Positions 37,731-47,954 of a stretch of 64,000 nt of DNA are shown here, piece after piece. The notes below the pieces were generated by a model. It was not told where the DNA came from, ran no database searches, and saw only the letters and a list, made by a program, of their open reading frames with translations. The position numbers and the translations under genes are program-made. The DNA is from Bacteroidota bacterium (GTDB taxonomy: Bacteria > Bacteroidota > Bacteroidia > 2-12-FULL-35-15). The stretch covers positions 64,751-128,750 of the forward strand of contig JAOQAD010000041.1 of the NCBI GenBank assembly GCA_025963775.1, written 5' to 3'. Position 1 is the first letter of the stretch. Each line of letters starts with the position of its first letter.

Positions 37731-39521
37731 ATGAAGATCAGGAGCATAGGATTGCATTACGCCGAAGGTGTGCTTAACTGGCTTCATTCAAAATTAACGG
37801 AGAAACAATTCCTGCTGCTTTCCAGCGCTTTGGTCGGTGTAACGGCAGGCATCGCCGCTGTGGTGCTCAAAGCCTTCGTGTTTTTTATCCGCCATTACGT
37901 AGTGGAACAGAATATCTTCACAACCGGGTTCAAATACCTTTATCTTTTACTTCCTTTATTCGGGATTGCCCTTACAGTGATCATCATCCGGAGATTTTTC
38001 AAGGGTAAGCTCGAGCGTGGCAGCTCTTCCATCCTTTTCGCGATCGCCAAAAAAGCAAGCTTTCTTCCTTTTTCGCAGATGTATTCCCATCTCGTGACAA
38101 GCGCCGTTACTGTGGGTTTCGGGGGCTCGGCCGGCTTGGAGTCGCCGATCGTAAGCACAGGCTCAGCCATTGGTTCCAATTATGCCGGTACCTACAAACT
38201 GAATTACAAGGACCGCACCTTGCTGCTTGCCTGCGGCGCTGCGGGCGGTATTGCAGGCGCTTTTAATGCGCCCATCGCCGGCGTGCTGTTCTCGCTGGAA
38301 GTGCTGCTGGTCGGCATTAATATCACCGCATTCATTCCCCTGCTCATTGCTTCTGCATCCGGCGCGCTGATCTCCAAGATCGTCCTGCGTGAGAATATCC
38401 TCTTGTCCTTCAGCTTAAAGCAGCCCTTCGATTATCACAATGTGCTCTTCTATATTTTGCTGGGTGTGCTTTCCGGCTTCCTTTCACTGTACTATGTGAA
38501 TTGCTTCGACAAAACGGAATTCATTTTTTCCAAAAGGATCAGGAGGCCGCTGGTACGACTGATCATCGGCGGCTGCCTGCTTGGCCTGCTGATCGCGATG
38601 TTCCCTTCGCTGTTCGGCGAAGGCTATGAGAGCATCAAAGACCTTTCAAACAACAGCATCGCCTTGCTTTTTAAGGACAGCATCTTCGAGAACTACATCA
38701 ATTCCAAATGGAAAGTATTCTTTTTTATTACGGGCGCAATGCTGCTTAAGACAATCGCTACAGGCTTAACGCTTGGCAGCGGCGGCAACGGCGGTAATTT
38801 CGCACCGACCTTATTTGTCGGCGCTTACCTCGGATTTGCATTTTCCTACCTGCTGAAATTACTTGGCTTTGAAGATATTCCTGTAAGCAATTTTACGATC
38901 GTTGCCATGTCGGGAGTACTGGCGGGCGTGTTTCATGCACCGCTTACAGGCATCTTCCTCATCGCCGAGATCACGGGCGGCTATGAGCTAATGATCCCGC
39001 TCATGCTCGTTTCAGCAAGCAGCTACGCGCTGGTAAAATCATTTCATCCCGATTCGCTGGATGTAAAGCGCCTGAAAAAAATGGGTGCTTACATTTCGGA
39101 GGACAAGGATAAATCCATTCTTGGAAAGATAGAAGTGGAAGGAATGATCGAGAAGAATTTCACTACGGTGGAGCTGGATGCGAAGCTGAGGACGATCGTG
39201 GAGATCATCAAGCATTCGCCCCGTAATGTGTTCCCGGTGGTCAACAGGCACAACCGGCTGCTCGGGATCATTCAGCTCGACAGCATCCGCGAGGAAATGT
39301 TCAACCAGGAGCTGTACGACAAGGTGATCGCAAAGGAGTTGATGCGGAAGATAGAGGCGAAGATCGAGATAAAGAAAGACGATATTTTTTCGATCATGAA
39401 AAAATTTGATGAATCAGGGCAATGGAATTTGCCGGTGGTGGATGATGACAAATATATCGGCTTTCTTTCTAAGTCGACCATACTCACGAAATACAGGGCA
39501 GAGCTGCTGAATTCATATTAA
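37731..39521 (+). CDS. ClC-family chloride channel/transporter with C-terminal CBS pair
   Basis: 'GSAGLESPIVSTGSAIG' and 'GNFAPTLFVGAYLG' selectivity-filter-like motifs. Confidence 0.85.
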   Translation: MKIRSIGLHYAEGVLNWLHSKLTEKQFLLLSSALVGVTAGIAAVVLKAFVFFIRHYVVEQNIFTTGFKYLYLLLPLFGIALTVIIIRRFFKGKLERGSSSILFAIAKKASFLPFSQMYSHLVTSAVTVGFGGSAGLESPIVSTGSAIGSNYAGTYKLNYKDRTLLLACGAAGGIAGAFNAPIAGVLFSLEVLLVGINITAFIPLLIASASGALISKIVLRENILLSFSLKQPFDYHNVLFYILLGVLSGFLSLYYVNCFDKTEFIFSKRIRRPLVRLIIGGCLLGLLIAMFPSLFGEGYESIKDLSNNSIALLFKDSIFENYINSKWKVFFFITGAMLLKTIATGLTLGSGGNGGNFAPTLFVGAYLGFAFSYLLKLLGFEDIPVSNFTIVAMSGVLAGVFHAPLTGIFLIAEITGGYELMIPLMLVSASSYALVKSFHPDSLDVKRLKKMGAYISEDKDKSILGKIEVEGMIEKNFTTVELDAKLRTIVEIIKHSPRNVFPVVNRHNRLLGIIQLDSIREEMFNQELYDKVIAKELMRKIEAKIEIKKDDIFSIMKKFDESGQWNLPVVDDDKYIGFLSKSTILTKYRAELLNSY

Positions 39522-39536
39522 ATTTTTCCTGGTTTA

Positions 39537-39670
39537 TTGTCATTCCGGGCCTGACCCGGAATCTCGCTATGATCAACAGATGAGGGGAATTCTGCCAGCC
39601 GCAACATTCGGCAGAGATGCCGTGTCGGAGCACGGCATGACGGAATAAAACGGTCAGATTAAAAGAACAC
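39537..39670. repeat. ~135-bp two-hairpin intergenic repeat, copy 2
   Basis: See 5848-5985. Hairpins 'ttccgggcctgacccggaa' and 'atgccgtgtcggagcacggcat'. Confidence 0.8.
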
Positions 39671-39707
39671 TCTTTCAATAACAATCAATTACAAAATCAT
39701 CCCAACC

Positions 39708-41072
39708 ATGAACTACGAACAGATCATCACAGCGCAGCGGGTTTTCTTTAACTCCAATGCAACGAAAGATAATGGTTTCAGGAAAACTCAGCTGAGGAAG
39801 CTGCGTTCGCTGCTGGTCGCGAATGAGCGACGTTTGTATGATGCGATCTATGCCGATTTTAAAAAATCAGAATTCGAAACAGCAGAGACCGAGTTGCTGC
39901 TGATCTATCACGAGATCGATCTCGCGTTGAAGAACATGGAGAGCTGGAGCAGGAAGAAAAAAGTGCCAACCAACCTTGTCAACTTTCCATCACGCAGCTA
40001 TATTATTCCCGAGCCTTTGGGAGTGACACTGGTGATCGGCGCCTGGAATTATCCGTACCAGCTTTCGCTGGCTCCTGCGGTGGCAGCTATTGCCGCCGGG
40101 AACACCGTGATCCTGAAGCCAAGCGAAATTCCTGCGAACACAGCTGCTGTGATGGCTTCCATTATCAATGAAAATTTTCCTGCCAATTATTTTCATGTAG
40201 TGGAGGGCGGTGTGGAAACAAGCACAGCTTTGCTGGAATGTAAATTCGACAAGATCTTTTTCACAGGCAGCACTTCCGTCGGGAAAATAGTATACGAGGC
40301 CGCTGCAAAGCAGTTAACGCCAGTAACGCTCGAGCTTGGAGGAAAGAGCCCGGCGATTGTCATGGCTGATTGCAACATGGAAGTAACGGTGCAGCGCCTG
40401 GCATGGGCCAAGTTCTTAAATGCAGGACAAACCTGCATCGCGCCGGATTACGTATTGATCGAAGCATCCGCTGAAAAGCGCTTCCTTGAAGTGCTGGGGA
40501 AATACATTGAGCGTAATTATGGAAGTTCAATTACTGAGAACTATGTGCAAATAATCAACGACAAGAATATGGAGCGCCTGTTAAAGCTGCTGGATGTTTC
40601 TAAGGTTGTCATTGGCGGCAGCTGCAACAAAGAGAGCCGCTACTTTGCACCAACAGTAATGCGGAATGTAAGCTTTGACGATGCCGTGATGCAGGAGGAG
40701 ATCTTCGGCCCGATCCTGCCGGTGATCGCTTTTACTGATTTGAATGAAGTCATTGCTAACGTGAAAGAACGCCCAAAACCATTGTCCTGCTTTGTATTTT
40801 CAACGAACAGCAAAAAAATAAAACAGGTGCTGAATGAATTGTCATTTGGCGGCGGAGCGGTAAATGATGCCCTGATGCACATTTCAAACAGCGCGCTTCC
40901 CTTTGGTGGAGTGGGGAACAGCGGCATGGGAAATTATCATGGCGAAGCGGGCTTCAAAACATTTTCCCATTATAAAAGCATCCTGCACAAATCCTCCTGG
41001 CTGGAAACAGGCATTAAATATCCTCCTTATGCAGGCTGGAAGCAGCGTTTGATCAAATGGATGATGAGATGA
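39708..41072 (+). CDS. NAD(P)-dependent aldehyde dehydrogenase
   Basis: 'ELGGKSP' and catalytic Cys region 'GQTCIAPDY'. Confidence 0.9.
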   Translation: MNYEQIITAQRVFFNSNATKDNGFRKTQLRKLRSLLVANERRLYDAIYADFKKSEFETAETELLLIYHEIDLALKNMESWSRKKKVPTNLVNFPSRSYIIPEPLGVTLVIGAWNYPYQLSLAPAVAAIAAGNTVILKPSEIPANTAAVMASIINENFPANYFHVVEGGVETSTALLECKFDKIFFTGSTSVGKIVYEAAAKQLTPVTLELGGKSPAIVMADCNMEVTVQRLAWAKFLNAGQTCIAPDYVLIEASAEKRFLEVLGKYIERNYGSSITENYVQIINDKNMERLLKLLDVSKVVIGGSCNKESRYFAPTVMRNVSFDDAVMQEEIFGPILPVIAFTDLNEVIANVKERPKPLSCFVFSTNSKKIKQVLNELSFGGGAVNDALMHISNSALPFGGVGNSGMGNYHGEAGFKTFSHYKSILHKSSWLETGIKYPPYAGWKQRLIKWMMR

Positions 41073-41077
41073 AGAAA

Positions 41078-42121
41078 TTATAATTCCTTCTCAAAATAGA
41101 TCTTGTAATATTTTCTTCCGTCCTTTTCAACGCCCTGTTCGATCATGTTCTTGTTGCCGTGAATGTAAATGTGGAAGTTCTTGTCGAGCTTCAGCACGCT
41201 TTTGAACACACGTGCCTGCTTCTTTACCGCATCAGCCGAGATCTCGAATGAATCCTCCAGCTCTATGTCATGATCTTCCCTGTACACGTTATCAAACTTC
41301 TGGAAGGATTTGATCACGCCGGGATCCTGGAACACTTCCTCTTCAAATTCCTCCTTTACAAAATTCTCATGTTTTTTAAAGTATTGCATCGAGCGGTTCA
41401 GCATCTCGATCTGCTCGCTTTTGTTCACTTCAAAATCTTCTGCAAGCTGCTTCGTCACATAGTTTTTCGTGATGTTCAGGAAATCCTTGGTGTGGTGGTA
41501 ATTATCGCTCACGGCTGTCACTTTCAGGAAATCATTTTTCCAGTATTGTGTTTCCCCGAATTTATTCTGGTTGTCCACAATGTACACCTTGTAACCGTTC
41601 TCTTCATTGGTTTCATAAATGAGGCAGCCTTTGTCCAGCTTTTTAATGTTAATGCCTTCGTCGCCGTAAATTGAAAAATTATCCGCCGCCTGTTCCACCT
41701 TCATGAACGTATCTTTCGATTCGGATTTGAATATTCCAACTGCTTTCAGTACCTGCCCGTCGAGCATCATTTCCTCAAATAAAGCAACATACAGCTCACC
41801 GCCTTTGATCTTCGGATGGTCGGAGCATTGATACAGGTGCTTTGCGAGGCTCCTGCTCTGCTCATAAAGCGTTTCCTTATCCGCGAATATCTTGCTGACA
41901 AAGGAGTAAGTTTCATTCAGCTCCAGCTCACTTTCGTGAAAAAAGCAAAACGCTTCACTGAGGGCAAAAGGCGTAAGAAAATATTTTAATAAGAGTTGAA
42001 CCGTGCTTTCATCCTCCAGCTCTATTACGCTTTCCGAAAAGATAATATCTTCCTCCAGCGACTTATTCCCCGTTTTATGCACAGCAAGCTGCTGCAGCCT
42101 TACATTCTGATTGTATTCCAT
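41078..42121 (-). CDS. Nucleoid-associated protein NdpA/YejK-like
   Basis: 347 aa. The N-terminus 'LQQLAVHKTGNKSLEEDIIFSESVIELEDES' and its length resemble the NA37 family. Memory-based call. Confidence 0.5.
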   Translation of the reverse strand: MEYNQNVRLQQLAVHKTGNKSLEEDIIFSESVIELEDESTVQLLLKYFLTPFALSEAFCFFHESELELNETYSFVSKIFADKETLYEQSRSLAKHLYQCSDHPKIKGGELYVALFEEMMLDGQVLKAVGIFKSESKDTFMKVEQAADNFSIYGDEGINIKKLDKGCLIYETNEENGYKVYIVDNQNKFGETQYWKNDFLKVTAVSDNYHHTKDFLNITKNYVTKQLAEDFEVNKSEQIEMLNRSMQYFKKHENFVKEEFEEEVFQDPGVIKSFQKFDNVYREDHDIELEDSFEISADAVKKQARVFKSVLKLDKNFHIYIHGNKNMIEQGVEKDGRKYYKIYFEKEL

Positions 42122-42137
42122 AATTTATATTCTTAAT

Positions 42138-42878
42138 CTACCTGATCGCCGGCCACTTTTTTCTTAATTCTTCAACCGTTCCGTTATACACATTAATGTC
42201 CATGTTCTTATCGGTGCCCGGCACATTGTACCAGCATTTGCCCGTTGTGCTGCAATTGAGCTCGCAGGAGAACTGCCAGAGCGAATAGCTGGGCCAGAGC
42301 TTTTTATCGTAGTCGGAAATATCGTTGCGGAAGCGTGCGTACCACAATCCGCATTTTGCAAATACACTGGTATCGGCGTAGCTGTTCACGATTGATTCGC
42401 GTACATCCTTGTTGCAGTAAACGAAGGGATACCTGCCCGTTTTTTCATGGACCCTTTCAATGAATTTTTCAGCGTTCAGCAATGTCATGCCTTGTACAGA
42501 ATCGATCGTTTCAAGGTCAAGGGCAAGGAACTCGGAAGAATCATTTCCCGTTATGGACAGGTAATGATCTGCCTGTGCAATGGCATCGCCGCTTTTCGCG
42601 AGGTGATAAGAACCCCAGAGATAGCCTTTGCTCTTCGCTGAATCCCTGCGCTCTGAATATTTGCTGTCGGTTTTCAGGCCTTCGGATGCCTTATGGATCA
42701 CGGCGGCCACACGTTTATCAGCTGCCATCTTGTTCCAGTTGATGTCGTTCTGGTAATACGCATCGATGATGATCGCACGCGTTGTGTCGTTCCATGGCCT
42801 GATGAACTCGGTGATCTGAGCCTGCATGGAAGCAGCAGCAGATACAACTAAAAAGAACAGGGAGTAATATCGTTTCAT
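42138..42878 (-). CDS. Secreted GH25-family muramidase (lysozyme)
   Basis: Signal peptide. 'IIIDAYYQNDINWNKMAADKRVAAVIHKASEG...GYLWGSYHL' and a C-terminal 'DINVYNG' match the GH25 pattern. Confidence 0.6.
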   Translation of the reverse strand: MKRYYSLFFLVVSAAASMQAQITEFIRPWNDTTRAIIIDAYYQNDINWNKMAADKRVAAVIHKASEGLKTDSKYSERRDSAKSKGYLWGSYHLAKSGDAIAQADHYLSITGNDSSEFLALDLETIDSVQGMTLLNAEKFIERVHEKTGRYPFVYCNKDVRESIVNSYADTSVFAKCGLWYARFRNDISDYDKKLWPSYSLWQFSCELNCSTTGKCWYNVPGTDKNMDINVYNGTVEELRKKWPAIR

Positions 42879-42906
42879 TATTCAAATACGTTGTTCACAA
42901 AGTAAT

Positions 42907-42960
42907 TGTCATCCCGTGCCACGCCTGCCCCGGACTCCGATCCGGGGACACGGGATCTGT
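42907..42960. repeat. GTCATCCCGTG nested-hairpin repeat
   Basis: 'tgtcatcccgtgccacgcctgccccggactccgatccggggacacgggatctgt'. Confidence 0.8.
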
Positions 42961-43092
42961 TAAACAGAAGATGAAAGGTGCTAAATCCGTTCTTTCACTA
43001 ACTCCGTAGATAAGCTGTTTTATTAATGACTGTGGTTAGCATTAATTTAATTTTTTAGCGTGTATCCTCATCATTAACGGGATGCACGCTTT

Positions 43093-45495
43093 TTATTTGC
43101 AGCCGGTGTTGTTGTAATCTTTCTTCACCAGGGGATTATCCAGCACCTGGAAAGTCAGGTAAGGTTGCCCGAACAATTTACAGTAGCGGTCATGATTTGC
43201 TTTTTCCGCCTTTTCAAGCGCTGTTACAAACATCCTCGAATTCACCAGCTCCTGTTCCTGTGCGCAGAAGGATGCGTATGCGAACAGCAGGTTCTCATCC
43301 GGCTTCTCTTCCTTCACAAAAGGTGCAAGAATAGTGGTTGCAAATTTATAATCCTTGAAACGTGCAAAAATGTAGGAAAGCTTCAGCGCATTCTGCCAGG
43401 AGCCGTCCTTGAAATTATAAAAGGACTTGATCCTGTTGATGCAGACTTCCACAACAGGAGCGCCGGTTTCCATTGTGTCATAAACTTCAATAACGCGGAA
43501 CTGCCATTCGGTATTGAGCGCATCCACGAATTTTTTCGGCACTTCTGTTTTGTACATCCCGTCGATCTTCGCCTGCATGTCATCCTGGGCTTTTTTATCG
43601 CCGATGGTGCTGTCAAGTTTTACTGCGCAGAAGAGATTGTTGAACCTGATGTAATTGTTTGCCGGGTCAAGCGTTGCGAGCTTTTTCATTTCAGCATAAT
43701 CCTCATCATCAGGAACGCTGTTGTTCAGCAGGTAATGGTTCACCACCTGGTTGTTCAGCAGTCCTGAATATTTTGCTTCGTTCGGGATGATCAGCTTGGT
43801 GGTGGCTTCCGGCGTGTATTTCTGCTCACGCATCTGCTTCGCGATGTAATACTGGATCTTGTATGCCTGCTTGATATCGTTCTTCTTCACCGCCTGGTTG
43901 AATTTGCTCACAGAGAACTTTTCTTCCTTCGGTCCGGTGATGTCGTAGGTCACATCCATTACGATCTGCGCAAAGCGTTCTTTACCCAGGATCGGCTCCA
44001 GCTCAGCTGCCAGTCCTTTGGAGTTGATCTCCTGGATGGCTTTCTCTTTCTGCATTTTCGCGAGGTAATCATACTTGCCGTCTTCTGTCTCCATCTGGAA
44101 AAGGTTCCATGAATCGCTTGTTTTTACATTCGTGACAACGCCTGCCTTCTGCATTTTCGACAGGGCCTTGATGATGCTCTCTGCACGTTTCTTCTGCAGT
44201 ATTGCATTGGCGCTGGCATCGCCTTCAATGGATGAATAAGCGGTGATGTACAATCCTTCAATGAAGAAATCAGGTTCCTGCAATGCATTCAGGAAAGGGG
44301 CAAGGTCTTCTTCCTTGTAATCCGATTTGTTCTTCTCAAAAGGAATGGAAAAGTTCAGGAGCGTGGATTCCGATTTCGGTTCGAAGGGTGGCTTGGTATA
44401 AGCGCCATCCTCCGGCATCAGCAGCATGCTCAGCGGGGAGTTCGATTCCTGGTCGCCCTGCTCGATGTACGATTTGCGGATCGTTTTGCAGAGCTTGCCA
44501 TCCTGGATCACCAGCAGGTTGATCTCGTAATCACCCTTGATGTTTTTCGGGATGGTGCCGATCTGCACGTCGAGCTTGCTTACTTTTTTGCCTTTCTTTT
44601 CAGGTTTCACCAGGTTCTTGCTGAACAGCTTGTCTTTCGACACCGTTTTCTGCAGCACGCCTTTGCTCAGCAAATTGTTATCATAAATATTGTATTTCGG
44701 GTTGTCGTACTGCGCTTTCTGCACAAAGTCGATCGCGAGCCCGTCCTTCGGTTTTTTGATCAGCCTGCTGAAGGCTTTCAGGTTGTCGTACTTGAGATAC
44801 ACTTTGTTGTCCTTCACATAAATGCCTTTCTGTAATCCATCGTAATCCTTGAATTTGTCGCAGTTCTTGCAGGTGCGCACATCCGGACCTTTGATCTTTT
44901 TGTTTTTCGAAGTGTAAGGAGCTTTCAGCTCTTTCTTCATTTTTGCGCCGTCGTTCACAATGCTGAACCCGCCGTAAACCACCGAAACATAGGCTTTTTT
45001 ACCACCTTCGTCAATTTTTACGCTCGGACTGGCAAACACATAATTCCCGTTTTTAATGATCAGCAGCTCCTTTTTCCCGATCTTCCATTTGGCCATCACG
45101 GCATCTGCTATGTCTTTCGGCGTGGCAGCAGCTTTCCCTTTCATGGCTGAAACAGCGAGAACGGTTTCCTCCACATTTTTTGTCCCCCCGGAAGCGATCA
45201 CACGCTTAGCCGTGGTCTTCATCTTGCCTTTGCTGTTGTCAAGCTGCGCCTTGTTGTTTTTTGCCATGTCCTCCGCCTGTATGGCGCTGGCCCTTGAAAG
45301 GATTTCGTTAATTTCAAGTGTGTCAAGGTTAGCAGCGGCCCTGATCTTGTTCAGCTCCTGCAGGATCAGCTTTTCCGCTTCGGCAGTCTCAATGGTCTTC
45401 GTTTCCGGCGGGCTGTCCTTCTTCGATTTCTTTTGTGCAAAACCAAAAGTGCCGGCGGTGATGAGAAAAGCAAAAAGCGTAAATTTTTTAATCAT
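43093..45495 (-). CDS. Large Lys-rich secreted protein (800 aa), N-terminal CAP/SCP-like region
   Basis: Signal peptide 'MIKKFTLFAFLITAGTFGFAQ'. 'LNKIRAAANLDTLEINEILSRASAIQAEDMAKNN' is CAP-like. The remainder is unassigned. Confidence 0.55.
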   Translation of the reverse strand: MIKKFTLFAFLITAGTFGFAQKKSKKDSPPETKTIETAEAEKLILQELNKIRAAANLDTLEINEILSRASAIQAEDMAKNNKAQLDNSKGKMKTTAKRVIASGGTKNVEETVLAVSAMKGKAAATPKDIADAVMAKWKIGKKELLIIKNGNYVFASPSVKIDEGGKKAYVSVVYGGFSIVNDGAKMKKELKAPYTSKNKKIKGPDVRTCKNCDKFKDYDGLQKGIYVKDNKVYLKYDNLKAFSRLIKKPKDGLAIDFVQKAQYDNPKYNIYDNNLLSKGVLQKTVSKDKLFSKNLVKPEKKGKKVSKLDVQIGTIPKNIKGDYEINLLVIQDGKLCKTIRKSYIEQGDQESNSPLSMLLMPEDGAYTKPPFEPKSESTLLNFSIPFEKNKSDYKEEDLAPFLNALQEPDFFIEGLYITAYSSIEGDASANAILQKKRAESIIKALSKMQKAGVVTNVKTSDSWNLFQMETEDGKYDYLAKMQKEKAIQEINSKGLAAELEPILGKERFAQIVMDVTYDITGPKEEKFSVSKFNQAVKKNDIKQAYKIQYYIAKQMREQKYTPEATTKLIIPNEAKYSGLLNNQVVNHYLLNNSVPDDEDYAEMKKLATLDPANNYIRFNNLFCAVKLDSTIGDKKAQDDMQAKIDGMYKTEVPKKFVDALNTEWQFRVIEVYDTMETGAPVVEVCINRIKSFYNFKDGSWQNALKLSYIFARFKDYKFATTILAPFVKEEKPDENLLFAYASFCAQEQELVNSRMFVTALEKAEKANHDRYCKLFGQPYLTFQVLDNPLVKKDYNNTGCK

Positions 45496-45582
45496 TGTGC
45501 AAATTTTAGGGATGTTTTAAAAAAGTGTTTCTGCTGTTTATAATTGATTTAAAAATTGGGATCGTCGGACACTTTTTTTCTT

Positions 45583-45590
45583 TAGGTTTG
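45583..45590 (+). promoter_or_regulatory. Candidate -7 box 'taggtttg' upstream of accC
   Basis: TAnnTTTG match about 80 nt upstream of the ATG. Confidence 0.25.
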
Positions 45591-45669
45591 TACAAGCCGG
45601 GATGAAATAGTCTGTTTCACAAATATATTTTTTGAGGCTATAAAAGAAGAATTTATTAATCAACATTTT

Positions 45670-47157
45670 ATGAACAAAATATTAGTTGCCAACAGGGGAG
45701 AGATCGCGCTACGGGTCATGCGTTCCTGCCGCGAAATGGGTATAAAAACAGTGGCGGTTTATTCGGAAGCCGACCGGAATGCCCCCTTTGTGAAATACGC
45801 TGATGAGGCGGTCTGCATCGGGCCACCACCTTCCAACCAATCCTACCTGCTTGGCGATAAGATCATTGAGGTCTGTAAAAAGCTGAATGTGGACGGGATC
45901 CATCCGGGCTACGGCTTTTTATCTGAAAACGCTGAATTTGCAGCGGCAGTGAAAAAAGCCGGGCTGATCTTCATCGGGCCTTCACCGGAGGCAATGGACA
46001 TGATGGGCGATAAGCTCTCTGCGAAAGCTGCAGCGAAAAAATACAAGATCCCGATGGTGCCGGGCTCCGAAGGTGCGATCGATAGCGTGGAAGAAGGCAA
46101 AAAAGTGGCAATGGCAACCGGCTTTCCTTTACTGATCAAGGCAAGCGCCGGCGGTGGTGGAAAAGGGATGCGCATCGTGGAGAAGATCGAAGAGTTTGAA
46201 GAGCAGATGAAGCTGGCTGTAAGCGAGGCTACATCTGCGTTTGGAGACGGCTCCGTATTTATTGAACGTTATGTTGCAGGGCCCCGCCACATCGAGATCC
46301 AGATCCTCGGCGACAGCCACGGGAACATTGTGTATCTTTTTGAGCGCGAATGCTCCATCCAGCGCCGCCACCAGAAGGTGATCGAGGAAGCGCCTTCATT
46401 GGTGCTTACGCCCGAGATCCGCAAAGCCATGGGCGAATGCGCGGTGAATGTGGGCAAGGCATGTGATTATACCGGTGCAGGCACTGTGGAGTTTCTGCTC
46501 GATGAGAATAAGAATTTTTATTTCCTGGAGATGAACACCCGCCTGCAGGTGGAGCATCCCGTAACGGAGATGATCACCGGGATCGACCTTGTGAAGGAGC
46601 AGATCAAGGTGGCACGCGGCGAAAAATTATCCTTTAGGCAGGAAGACCTCCGCATTCATGGGCATAGCGTGGAAGTGCGCGTGTATGCAGAGGATCCGAC
46701 CAATAATTTTCTCCCGGATATCGGGAAATTAGTGACCTACCAGCGCCCGCAGGGATTGGGTGTGCGTGTGGATGACGGCTTCGAGGAAGGCATGGATATC
46801 CCGATCTATTACGATCCGATGATTTCCAAGCTTATTTCATACGGCAAGGACAGGGAAGAGGCGATCAACAGGATGATCCGCGCCATCGATGATTATAAGA
46901 TTGTTGGTGTGGAAACCACTTTACCGTTCTGCAAATTTGTATTGAAGCACGAAGCATTCACTTCCGGGAATTTCGATACACATTTCATCAAGCATTATTT
47001 CAAGCCGGAAATGCTGGCGCAGGAAAATGAAGATGAAGCCGAGATCGCGGCGCTTTTCGGGGCAAAGCTGATGAATGCTAAAAAAGCAGCATCTGTTCCG
47101 GCAGCTGAAAATGGGGAGAGTGTGTCGAAGTGGAAGATGAACAGGTTAAATAGTTAG
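45670..47157 (+). CDS. accC: Biotin carboxylase (acetyl-CoA carboxylase subunit type)
   Basis: ATP-grasp sequence 'KILVANRGEIALRV', plus 'EMNTRLQVEHPVTE' and a C-terminal BC domain. No accB is adjacent. Confidence 0.88.
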   Translation: MNKILVANRGEIALRVMRSCREMGIKTVAVYSEADRNAPFVKYADEAVCIGPPPSNQSYLLGDKIIEVCKKLNVDGIHPGYGFLSENAEFAAAVKKAGLIFIGPSPEAMDMMGDKLSAKAAAKKYKIPMVPGSEGAIDSVEEGKKVAMATGFPLLIKASAGGGGKGMRIVEKIEEFEEQMKLAVSEATSAFGDGSVFIERYVAGPRHIEIQILGDSHGNIVYLFERECSIQRRHQKVIEEAPSLVLTPEIRKAMGECAVNVGKACDYTGAGTVEFLLDENKNFYFLEMNTRLQVEHPVTEMITGIDLVKEQIKVARGEKLSFRQEDLRIHGHSVEVRVYAEDPTNNFLPDIGKLVTYQRPQGLGVRVDDGFEEGMDIPIYYDPMISKLISYGKDREEAINRMIRAIDDYKIVGVETTLPFCKFVLKHEAFTSGNFDTHFIKHYFKPEMLAQENEDEAEIAALFGAKLMNAKKAASVPAAENGESVSKWKMNRLNS

Positions 47158-47213
47158 TAGAGCTTAGTTCGGAGTTAGCAGACGAAGCGATTGTATAATT
47201 TGACCGTCATCCC

Positions 47214-47243
47214 ATGTCGGGGCACGGGATGACGAATCCTGGG
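47214..47243. repeat. GTCATCCC hairpin repeat
   Basis: 'cgtcatcccatgtcggggcacgggatgacg' is a perfect palindrome. Confidence 0.8.
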
Positions 47244-47346
47244 ATGATCTTGTTGTATTAAGAACTTTTAACCTTTTCCACATAACTTTTAGCTGATTGC
47301 TTCGTTATAGATACACTTGGGTACTTTTTTTGTACTCAATAGCCAA

Positions 47347-47949
47347 ATGGCAAGAAAAATTCTGATACTCCTTTTATTCCTTCCATTGCTGGGCAATGCC
47401 CAGAAGGACGTAACAAGCGGCCTTGTTTTGCCCATCCAGGGCGTAAAAGTAAGGACCACCGTTTATGAAGGAGATACCATTCCCTACGTTGTTTTACCCG
47501 CAATAAGCTGTTATACCGAAAAAGTATTCAGGAACAAGCGCCAGCAGGCGGCCTGGGACAGGACAAAATACAATGTCAAAAAAGTATATCCCTATGCCAT
47601 TCTCGCCGCCGCCAAGCTGAAGGAATATGACCGCATTTTGTCGCAGATGTCGGAATCGGAGCGGGAACGTTATACAAAAGTGGCGGAAAACCAGCTGAAA
47701 GAGGAGTTCAGCGACCAGCTGAAGCAATTATCGGTGAACCAGGGCCGCATTCTCATCAAGCTGATCGACCGGGAAACAGGAAAAACGACCTATAGTGTCG
47801 TAAAGGACATGCGCGGCTCTTTCTCTGCATTCATGTGGCAGGGCGTAGCGCTGATGTTCAATTCCAGCCTTAAATCGGAATACGATCCGCAGGGAGATGA
47901 CAAAGCGATCGAAGAAGCGATCAAATTGGTGGAGAACGGGGATTTTTAA
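47347..47949 (+). CDS. DUF4294-like secreted protein
   Basis: Signal peptide 'MARKILILLLFLPLLGNAQ' and about 200 aa of Bacteroidota-typical sequence. The ORF-track start at 47317 is a TTG. Confidence 0.5.
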   Translation: MARKILILLLFLPLLGNAQKDVTSGLVLPIQGVKVRTTVYEGDTIPYVVLPAISCYTEKVFRNKRQQAAWDRTKYNVKKVYPYAILAAAKLKEYDRILSQMSESERERYTKVAENQLKEEFSDQLKQLSVNQGRILIKLIDRETGKTTYSVVKDMRGSFSAFMWQGVALMFNSSLKSEYDPQGDDKAIEEAIKLVENGDF

Positions 47950-47954
47950 ATTCA

